The notes beneath the pieces are model-generated. The model did no database searches. It was not told the origin of the DNA and saw nothing but the letters and a program-made list of their open reading frames with translations. Source: Octopus sinensis (lineage: Eukaryota). From it: a stretch of DNA of 64,000 nucleotides. Position numbers and translations under genes: made by a program. This document shows positions 53,841 to 64,000 of the stretch, in pieces; position 1 is the first letter of the stretch; each line of letters starts with the position of its first letter. The stretch is from contig NC_043000.1 in assembly GCF_006345805.1 (NCBI RefSeq), positions 55,180,001-55,244,000 on the forward strand. The letters run 5' to 3'.

Positions 53841-54045
53841 AGGGTGACGAGCTGGCAGAATCCTTACCACACCAGAGAAAATGCTTAGCGGCATTTCATC
53901 CGTCATTACGATCTGATTTCTAATTCCACTGAGGACGATTTTACCTTTTGTCCTTTCGGGGTCGATAAGATAAGTACCAGCTGAACACTAGGGTTAATGT
54001 AATCGACTAGCCTCAGGCCTCAAAATTTCTAGCCTTCTTTCAAAA
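53841..54045 (+). mobile_element. SINE A, head-to-head with the previous copy
   Basis: GGTGACGAGCTGGCAGAATCC...TCCTTTCGGGGTCGATAAGATAAGTACCAG. Confidence 0.85.
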
Positions 54046-57000
54046 TTTGAATTCAGTATTACACCAAAAATATTGACTTTGCAAGGTACTCTTGTAAAAT
54101 ATTTTCATTATACTATCAAGAATAATCTGTACTGAAAATTAGGCCATCGGATTATATAAATCGGAAATTAATGTTAACACGCAGCATAACGACAACTTGT
54201 TGCACTTCTTGTTTTTATTTAGTTTATCGAGTGTAAATAAACACTGAAGCGTGAACGAAAGTATGGCATTCCTAATAGCTTTATCCCTCTACGTTATATA
54301 TTCAACTAATTTTGGGGTCCAATAGTCTGCAATTCATCCTCCTAAGTTGATGGATATCCCTAATGTACTCCGCGTTATTCAATTCCTTATATACCTACCT
54401 CTCCAACGAAAGTTAACCCTATGCTAAGAAAACAATATATCACTCGTTTTTTATTTAATAATTAATGTGAAAATAATGATAACGAAAACAAGATTATGTT
54501 TGTGGTGATGTTCTGAAGCATGGTTTATAACTTGAATTTTGTAAACCTCAATCATATTTCTTTCAGTTATTTTACCGTCCACGGGAGGATAAATAAAATA
54601 ACATGTTTGAAGTCAAATCCCTAAGTGAGAAAGACTTCAGCAGTATATTTTCTGCAATCATAACGTATCTAGTAAGCGCATATACTCAAATTTCGTGTTT
54701 ATATTTTAAGGTACTTGAAGTGTACTTATTTTCTAAAGAACATAATATCAATTTGCATGAGATTACTGCCCGATGCTTATTAACATTTTTATCATCTACT
54801 ATTGTGCCTTGAATTGCGTATTCATAGCTATATCTCGTTTATAATAAACTATTACCTCCAGTGTACTTATTCGTAACACAAATTGGATTCCCACAAAGAT
54901 ATGTTTCAAATTCATAAGTTATAATATAATATTCTGTCCGCCATACACAGCAACTGGAAAATAAGAAATAAATATAACGCATCCTAATATAAAATAATGC
55001 TGGAAGCAGAGCTGACTTGAGAACGGATATCTTTAAATTACGAGCTTTGAGAAAGTTTTAAGTATATTCAATTCATATGCACGAATTTTGTGTCAATACA
55101 CAAAAATTGACACTTACGCTTTAAGATGTATCCTATTAACTCGCAAAGTTATATTCCTCGACACATAGATTTCGTGTTATATGCATTTTCCTTTGAATTT
55201 AAGATTTTGTCACGCAATTGTCGAAGTATTTAACAAATGGATTTTAATTCTTAAACTTTAAATTTTTAGATTTATAAATGAAAAAAAATAGTTGTTTAAG
55301 ATGATACGTAGCTGATTAATACCTAATAATATATTCAAACAAAACAAACGTTCGCATTTAAATGGAAATTCAGCACTGCATACTGAATGGAATTATAGAT
55401 TGTATAAAATCATTGAAATCAAAATAAACATACATACATTTCCTGCAAAACGATTTAAACTTGCTTTGTTCGCAGAAAATCGTTTAGTGACTTTTTAGTT
55501 CTATGATATTATTTGTTCACAAAGGCTTTTAGTCGACTAAATACGATATATAATCCGCAAGAAACCCATTAGGGGCATTGATAATTATCCTAAATGGAAA
55601 TAATAAATTGTTTTCCATTTTGCTCTATTATTTCCTTCCGAAACGCTAAAGTGAATATGAATTCATTTTACAATAATTTATTAACATTCAAATAGCATTT
55701 ATTTATTTTTTATATTATTTAAATAATTTAAAATATCGTTCTCATTTGTTAATTCTAAATAAGTAGTGGTGTGTCAGCGAATATTTTAAAATGGTAGCTA
55801 CGGAACTTACAGCATACAGTTCCATCTATGCATGTAGCGATATCGTTTTTAACTTTGATCGTTACTGATAAATAAATGACGAAATTTAGTATTCTAGGTT
55901 GTAGCCGTTGCATAACAGAATCTCCGGAGTGCAACGTATTTTGTGACAAAACAAATGCATACATATACAGATGAATCCAATTTGCACAGTTAGTTTTAGA
56001 GGCTAACATTTCGAACGCTCTAGGTTTATAATGAGGCGACGCTACCTTACGGATTAAATTTACGTTAAAAATATTTAAGACACATAAATGCAATTTATTG
56101 ATGTTTAATAATGAATGGAAAATGTTGGAGAGCTACTAAATTGGTTGTTCTTAAAATACAATGAGATGTCGTCTCCAGTGCAACATCAAGTACTTACTAA
56201 TAATTAAAGGATTTCAAATTAATACTAAATTTGTTTAGATGTTAGTTTAGAAAGGCAGAACAAAATATTCGAAGCTAATAAAAATTAATATTCGATATAT
56301 TTTTTATTATTGTAAAACTAATGCAACATGTTTATTAACAAAACTCCCGTTTGTATTTTTGTTTACTTCAAGGGGAAGACGTTTCTCTTTTATGTTTCAT
56401 GTCTGTATCAAGGATTTAGTTTACTTTCGGTTTGTATTTATATTTATGGTGGAATCGATAGAGAGCGTGATAAAACAAGGTATACTCCTAAGTAATATCT
56501 TTTCTTACTTCCAGGTTTATAACTCTGTATGTGATTATTGAATTTTGTTCCTCGGGGGTTAATAAAGCAGGCATCAATTGTATTGTGGAATTACAATAAT
56601 AGACTGCAACGCACCCATAAAATCTCCACGCATATATCTGTGAACGAAGTCACAATCTTTGGTAACTTACAGAACAAAACATTCCAATGTATTAACCATT
56701 AAGCATTTAATCCGGCCAAACTATCAACTCGTTTTACGCTTTAAAATTGACCAAAACCAGCCTCTCATACCTACCCTATAATGTCATTGAAAAATATAAA
56801 CTTACTTACAAATGAAGTCTCAAACTTATGCGATACGGCATGATTAATTCAAAACAATGCGAATAGATAAACATTTGATAGAGTAATCTGATTGTTAAAG
56901 TTTTAGACCTGGAAGTTTTATATTATTAATGCTAAATTGGAAAAACAAAAACTAAGCTGTTTTTTTATTTATTTTCCTATTCAGCTAGATTGTATTTAAA

Positions 57001-57879
57001 AATTAAAATTCTTCCTTGAATAATTTTATACCTGACATTTGATCCGTCCAATATAGCTGCAAGATTTATCACCTAGAAAGATATCTGTATACTTAAGTTC
57101 ATATATATTAAATTCAGTATCTAATTAAGACAATGTACACAATTTTAATTAAAATACGATGATTAAATATTTGTATTCGCTATTCAGTTTAGTTTAATTT
57201 TTCTGTATTGTGAAAAGAACTTCCTGTGAAATAATTTAAATTTTTATTTCTTCAAAACAATTGTAAATAAAACTATTTTTTCTGCGTAATTACGTTACAT
57301 TACTGTAAATTGATTTCAAGTTGAGAGTAAGACATCACGAATGGATAAGCTAAATATTATTAACAATGTAACTTACATAGAAATTTAAGTTAAGGGTCAC
57401 CCTAAATTTTTTCACAGATTTAAAAACTATGGAAAATTCTTCTTCGTATCACGTCTAAACTAAACTGAGTTTTTAAGTAATATTCCTGTTGGTAACGTAA
57501 CTAGATTTCCTGGCCTCCTTGTTTTACGTTCATACCACGTGAAGAACAATACTTTCCAAACACTTTCTATCTTCTACATTTAACGCCCAAGCACCGATTT
57601 ACCAAATCCAACCTTATTTCCTATCATTATGATCCAAAGTCCCATGTTGAATGTCATCCGAAAAATTCAGTATTATGCAATGCAATTCATTTGTGACCGA
57701 ATCTGGCTTTAAAATCATCTAACACCTTATAAAAAATCGGAAAGGATTTTATCAATTTATAATCTATGTGCTCATATGTTTCATGACCATAACTTTTCGC
57801 AGGCTATACCACCATCCCTTACTAAGCTTTCTGCTTGTGTGCTTCAAATGCAACTTTTATCGCAAATATAATACATCGA

Positions 57880-58308
57880 TTTTAAATTTTGGCACGAGGC
57901 CTGCAAATTCGAAGGAAGGGGTACGTCGATTGCACCGACCCGAGTGCTCAGCTGGTACTTAGTTTATTGACTCCGAAAGGATAAAAGGCAAAATCAATCC
58001 CAGCTACATTTGAACTCAGAACATAAAGGTGGACGAAATACCGCTATGCTTTTTCCTCGACAACGTAACGATTCTGCCTGCTCGCCGCCTTGTATTTCAA
58101 ATTTTGGTTCAAGGCAAGTATTGTCAGGGTAGGAATGTGAGTCTATTACATCGACCCCTCAGTGCTTAACTGGTATTTATTTTATCCATCCCAAAATGCT
58201 GAAATGCAAATTCGACCACAGCGAAATTTGAGCTCAATCGTAAAGACGGACGAAATGCCACTAACCAATTTGTCCGACGTGCTAACGATTCTGCCAACTC
58301 GCTGTCTT
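57880..58308 (-). mobile_element. Two SINE A copies in tandem
   Basis: Copies at ~57880-58092 and ~58100-58308, both ending in CTGCC..CTCGC heads. Confidence 0.85.
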
Positions 58309-60094
58309 TACAGCATGTGTATTTATTAACAACTAGAATGAATAGAAACAGTCTACTTGGTATATGACAATTCAACATCTTTGAACAGAACCAATGGAAA
58401 ATAAATATATATTATTTAAATAATATATCAATTTAACATTTTCCTCCCTGTGTACACCTAATTCTTTAAAGTCTCTTTAAATGTAAGGATTCGTCACTAT
58501 ATATCATTGGGTTATCTCATCCCTAATGCTAAGCATCCTATCGAAGTATATGATGTAGTCTTTTTGTTGATGTTGCTGCTAATACTTTGCTATTTTTGTT
58601 TGTGTTACATTCATATTTTACTGGGTATATGATTTACTTTAGTCTACTTTCATTATTTCTCTTTTGTTTCTCCCTTTGGATTGTTTGTTTATTCTGTCGT
58701 CCTATATCATGATGGCTGTTCCTATTATGTTATTACGTTTATATAAATTTTATGTTTTCTAGTCGAATATATATTTTGATATACTTAGTACTCATTTATT
58801 GAATGTATATATGTCACTGCCTATGTAGATGTTTGTAAGATTTTTGAAATATATGATTCTTGATTTTGTTTCATTGTGAATATTTTCACACTGAGCTTTG
58901 TGCAACGTTCATAAAGAAGCTGTGTAATTATATACAAGATTTGGCGGATTGTTTTCCAATTGTATATTATAGCCCGATGCATGGAGAAGATGAAGTGTGT
59001 ATATAATAAGAACTACAGAAAACATTTTACTGAATGTTGTGTTGAAAAGCATACAGATACAATACATCCATTTTCATATTTACTGCTATGCTGTTTATAG
59101 CAGCATGATGTCTTTATTTGACAATTAGGCAGATATTGTAGTCTGCTTAATTAAATTTGTACATTATGTTAAAAACCAAATCATTACTTTTAACAATTTA
59201 TAAGTTCTTTCTAGTCATATCTGATTCAATATTTTGTTAAGAATAGAATTGAACTGAGAATGTCGAATTTAACATTTCATTGAGCTGCCGTATTTAACCA
59301 TCTCATATTTGTGACATATTGTACCTAGAGTTATTCTATCTAGTATATAGTCAACTTCCTAGGACTGGGTGATATTTCAAAACAATATATCATCTATTAG
59401 CAGCAGGTTAAGAGACATCACAGATTCTCCTTTGATACCTTGTGTCGCTCTACAAAAGCTTCAAATTTATAGGAAATCTATCAATCTCCCATTTCCAGGA
59501 AGGCCCACAAACCTGATGTGAAATTATCTGCCATCACTTCCTTTAATTCATTAATAATACATTAATATTAGTCATGATGGAAATAACTAAGGGATCGTTC
59601 TGCATATTAAATAAACGAATGTCATGATCTTGCACATATAACATAGAAGTATTGACAAACTTCAAATAACTATGATTATTTTTATACATTTAATAAACCA
59701 AGACTTCCTCTAGCACTGTTTAAAATCCGAAAGGAAATACCAAAGTGATAAATCAAATATGATCAACCAATCAAAACATTTTTGTGGGATGTTCAATTCG
59801 TAAGTCACAGAACATTCTTTACTTTAGTGAATGTATAGAAGTAAAGGTATTTATAAAATAATATATTGATTTGCAACACCCACAGGTCCACTGCTTCTGG
59901 ACACTATATGTTGATTAAATCCTCCTCAGTACCTGGTTTATACTTATTTATCATAATCAAAAAGAGAGGCTTGAGTGCATAAAGTAGAGGGATATGACAG
60001 AAAAGTGGAAGGCTTTTTTTTTCTCCATCATTCTACTGATTATCCAGCCCATTGTTCTTCCTTAAAATAACACAATGTGATATATTGGCTTCAA

Positions 60095-60295
60095 ATTTTG
60101 TCACACGGACAACAAGTTCGGGGAACAGTCAATGTAATCGACACCAGTCCTCAGTTAGTACTTATTTTATTCACACCGAAAGGATGAAAGGCAAAGTCGA
60201 CCTAGGTTGAATTAGAACTCATTATGTAAACAACGGAGGAAATGCCGCTAATCATTTGAGCCGACATGCTAACTATTCTGCCAGCTCACCGCCTT
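60095..60295 (-). mobile_element. SINE A
   Basis: GAAAGGATGAAAGGCAAAGTCGACC...CTGCCAGCTCACCGCCTT. Confidence 0.85.
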
Positions 60296-60919
60296 ATACA
60301 CACAAATGATAAGTATATAAAGACAACTCTATCAAACCAATTGTTGTTCTGTAATTTCTATGAGTGTATCCTTTTTGAGGAGTATTAAATACAATTATAA
60401 GGAAAGTGCTGAGTCATATTTCATTTTCAAATGTTTGAGTTGAAAGATATTTAAGTCTTTTTATGACAGATGATTCTAATCAACTACACTCCTTCTAACC
60501 ATGTATCTGGTCTTTTTCCTATCCTATATAATAAACTATTAATAAACTAATAATCTAAAGAGAAAGCTTAGTTCCCAAATATTTGATATAAGAGTAGCGT
60601 TAATACTTAAGTATCTATCATATGTGTGACTATTCAAGCTAAAATAAACATTTATTATATTTCTTAGTTTTGTGAGGGAAGACGATGGACACAACAATCA
60701 ACGCAGGAAGAGATGACAGAAGAAAATGCCAGTCATTGAATTCCTTTCCAAATAGTACTGGGTAGATCCCATGAACGAGTAATGTGACCATAGCATTGCC
60801 AGATACTACTTTTTGACAGTAAATAAATCTTTAAACAGAAAAGGAATTATCTTTTAGGAAATTATTTAAGCGCAGCCGTGTTTATATAAACATGGCTGCA
60901 CCTACAATTGTAGCTATAT

Positions 60920-61287
60920 AGGCACAACCGTAGCGGTGTGGTTAAGAAGCTTAACCTAGTGACTTTTACTGTTGCTCGTGTGTGGATTTGGTTCATGGAA
61001 ACTGAGAGAAGCACATTATATATATATATATATACATGCATACATATTTGTGTGTGCATGTGTGTGTGTGCACGCGCGCGCGTGTTTGTGTTGGGTATGC
61101 CTACAACAGCTTGATGACCAGTGCCGGGTTTTTTTACGTCACCGAAATCTAGCTGTTTGGCAAAATATACCGATAAAATAAATACTATACTTAGTACTGG
61201 GGTAAATTTGTTGGGCTGCATCCTTCAGTACTGTGCCGTAGCATCACTGCAATCCAATGACTAATACAAGTAAAAGATACAAGATAA
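60920..61287 (+). mobile_element. SINE B, decayed and internally deleted
   Basis: Head GCGGTGTGGTTAAGAAGC, core GTGGATTTGG...GGAAACTGAGAGAAGC, a microsatellite, and the tail ATGACTAATACAAGTAAAAGA. Confidence 0.75.
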
Positions 61288-62214
61288 TGTCAGAAGCAGC
61301 TCAATGTAGTACACTGACAACAACATTATTTTAAAAATCGTATCTATTCAAAAGCTAACTATTCAATATTCAAAATCCCACTTCTTAAACCTTACTGAAA
61401 TAATCATAACTTCCAATCAGTATCTGAAAACACATAAGATTCTCTGTGTATTTTTAATTTGTGTTAAATAATCCTTAATCAATCTGATTTAAAGCCAAAC
61501 GAAATATTTCAAGTAATAGGACAAAATTCCTGAATATATTAATGCTAACATTATCTAGAATCTTTCTCAGTTATACTACTTGGAATAGATAGATTGCAAT
61601 ATACATAAAAATCTTTAAAATTTAGAGAAAAATAACCCGTAAATTTAAGAGTAAAAAGAAACATCTGACAATGATGAACATGTATAAATATTTCCATTAT
61701 GAGCTATTGAATATCCCTGAATGCTGTTAGTTAGCCAGTGGGAAGTAGGTATATATAATTCAGTGAAAAAGAAGCGTATTGATTACCTCGTTTAAAATAT
61801 AGATTTTAACAATTGCAGCTGATTCTAAAGACAGATATGAAAGGCTGGCGAGCTCGTTGAAAGGCGAATACACTAATGAAAAATCATTGCAGCAAAGATT
61901 AAACAAACTCAATTTCTGTCTTATTGAACTTGAATAAAATCTACAACGAATCTCTAGGTTATCCACACGAATCAAATTATCACATGAAATTAACAAGTAA
62001 AGTTTTCAGGAGCATCTCTCAAGTTTTCTCTGGATAATCATTGAAATAATATAGCATTTAAAAAGTTATATTGAGAATGTGACGGTGATATCTGTTTAAA
62101 AACGAGGGCACATAGAAACATACTCTAGAACAATGTGCTTGCGCTTATTGTATCTTGTTTCTAGTAATTCTGATTATTATTTTCAGAAATTACTATTGTT
62201 ATTAATACCACTTC

Positions 62215-62475
62215 TTACATTATTATTATCATTATTATTATCATCATCATTATTTGATGAAAACTCATATTTTATTTTGCTGGGTATGACGGAAAGTATC
62301 TGCTGTCCACAGCCAGCAGACTGAGGTGACGGTTGTTAGCCGGTCATGTTTCAAGAACCCTGCGAAGAATTCCTGCTGTTCCAAACAATGCTGATTTTTG
62401 TAGGTGTTCTACCTTTACATTTGTACCAATCTTTTTGGCCCATCTGGTAGTTGAGTGCCAATACTTCCAAGTGCG
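62215..62475 (-). mobile_element. Dong/R4-clade LINE 3' end with a (TAA/TGA)n tail
   Basis: (V)YCALGSIGTQLPD/WAKKIGTNVKVEHLQKSALFGTAGILRRVLET* matches the RLE C-terminus GALG...LQK.ALLGTA.ILR.VL. A short 3' UTR follows, then an AAT-type repeat. Confidence 0.85.
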
Positions 62476-62690
62476 CAGTACACAGTTGCTCAAAGGGGTA
62501 CGAATCCAGCATGAGGCGGCAGGGGTAAACCAGCATAGACTGTTCCCTTCCCGCTGCTGATATTGGCGGTTGCGTTCTATGACGACGCGATCATACAACG
62601 GGACTCACCTTTTTGAGGAGGGAAATGAAAAGAATGCCTGGTGTATGTCTTGTTGTGGGTACTCCTCCTAAAAAAATGGGGAATAGGCCT

Positions 62691-62696
<6 letters not shown>

Positions 62697-62771
<75 letters not shown>

Positions 62772-62774
62772 GTA
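62697..62774. repeat. (TA)n microsatellite
   Basis: Direct reading. Confidence 0.97.
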
Positions 62775-63920
62775 TAAGGGTGAAAAGGAACACACGAGTT
62801 GATATATATGAAAAAACAAGTCAAAAATAGAAAATGCTAAAATAATTTTATAGTGAACATTTCAGTACCGGTTTCGGTCATTTTGAGACCTTTTCAACTG
62901 TAACGATTAAATAATTAAATTTAGAAAAATTAGAAGAAAAGTTTTATTTAAAAGAATATTTCTATAGTAGTGTTCAGATTTAAGTGGCATTCTGCCTTTC
63001 TCTGACTCCCTTGTTTGCACTTGTGTGTTGGAGGTCGTTGTGAGTTCTTGGTAGGGTAGTAGAGGAAGAAAGCTGGTGAGGAAAGGGGGTGGGAGAATCT
63101 GGGAGTGCCCTGATGGTCGTATTTTGAATGATCAGTGGCGGCTGGCAGTCTCAGTTCAATTCAGGAGAATATTTATATTGACAGGCTTGTTTATAGAATT
63201 TGCGTAGGTGTTATACTAAAAAACATTAGTGACAAAGTTAAGGGGTAGGAGGTGGAGAAGTAGAAGGAGAAGAAGAAGAAGAAGAAGAAGAAGAAGATGA
63301 CGATGTTGATGATGATGATGATGAAGAAGAAGAAGAAGAAGGAGGAGAAGATGACGATGATGGTGATGGTGGTGATGATTATGACGACGATGATGATGAT
63401 AATGATGATGATGAAGAAGAAGAGGGAGAAGAAGAAAAAACAGAGAAGGGAGAATATGAATGGGTTAAAGTAGTGTGGTGTTGTATGACTTGAAGTTGGT
63501 ATGTTATGGATTATAGCTGTGATTTAAGCTGTGATTAGTAATGGATTCTTTGGAATGTAATATTTGTGTGTGAATATTTCTTTTATTCTAAAGTTGAGGT
63601 ATATTAATTGTTTGTCGTAGACCCGTTAAGAAGTGGCCTGTATTTTGCAATAAAGAGAGTTTCTTTACTTATTCGTTGTCTCGAGGTTGTATCGTCCCTA
63701 AATTGGTAGAGGGGGAAAATCCTGAAGCTTGGTGTTTTTTTGTTGGCGCAAGTATCTATGTGTTGGCTAAAAGCTATTTTTCTGTTTTGGGGAATTTTTA
63801 TCTGGGATCTGTGCAGGGCCATTCGTTTACGCAAACTATTTTTTGTTTGGCCTATGTACTGCTCTTGACACCCGGAGCAGGTTAGTGAGTATATTAGGTA
63901 TATTAGTGAGTATATTAGTC
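62775..63920 (-). mobile_element. Penelope-like element, 5'-truncated (GIY-YIG endonuclease, 3' UTR, pLTR)
   Basis: LIYSLTCSGCQEQYIGQTKNSLRKRMALHRSQI...FSQHIDTC...RISKETLFIAKYRPLLN. There is a 16-bp duplication TTAGTGAGTATATTAG at the 5' junction and a (GAA/GAT)n tract at 63268-63435. Confidence 0.92.
62863..62900 (-). ncRNA. Minimal type I hammerhead ribozyme, U3-A8 core variant
   Basis: Minus strand: CAG-TTGAAAA-GGTC-TCAAAAT-GACC-GAAAC-CG-GTA-CTG. Helices I and II pair perfectly and helix III is the palindrome ACCGGT. Confidence 0.7.
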
Positions 63921-64000
63921 ATAGGATATCTAGAGATCAGTCTGTATCGTAAGGTTCTAGAAAGATATGGCAGCCCTTTCTCCATCTACATAGAAAACAA

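Noticed and set aside
55755-56093. 112-aa minus-strand ORF (likewise 40012-40362 and 16470-16928)
   Set aside because: No recognisable motifs, and composition is consistent with chance open frames in skewed AT-rich DNA.

Overview
AT-rich, repeat-dense eukaryotic DNA with no prokaryotic features (no operons, rRNA, true tRNA or CRISPR). I could not identify a host protein-coding gene. The SINE families resemble repeats I recall from Octopus genomes, so an octopod intron or intergenic region is my inference, not a database result. Most ORF-track entries are translated microsatellites. The ORFs with real homology are decayed transposon fragments: mariner/Tc1/maT transposases, Penelope-like elements (PLEs) with a GIY-YIG endonuclease, Tx1/L1 zinc-finger ends, a Dong/R4 3' end and CR1-type 3' ends. 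The window also holds about 20 copies of one tRNA-derived SINE (A), several copies of a second (B), MITEs and a 2-kb hAT element with a perfect 8-bp TSD. The most unusual signal is a set of hammerhead-ribozyme (HHR) motifs. Two related fold-back elements (14.2-14.9 kb and 38.25-39.0 kb, opposite orientations) each carry two outward-pointing HHR-type arms. A PLE 3' end at 62.86-62.90 kb folds as a minimal type I hammerhead with a compensatory U3-A8 core. All alignments and folds were done by eye, and boundaries are approximate unless a TSD or TIR is quoted.
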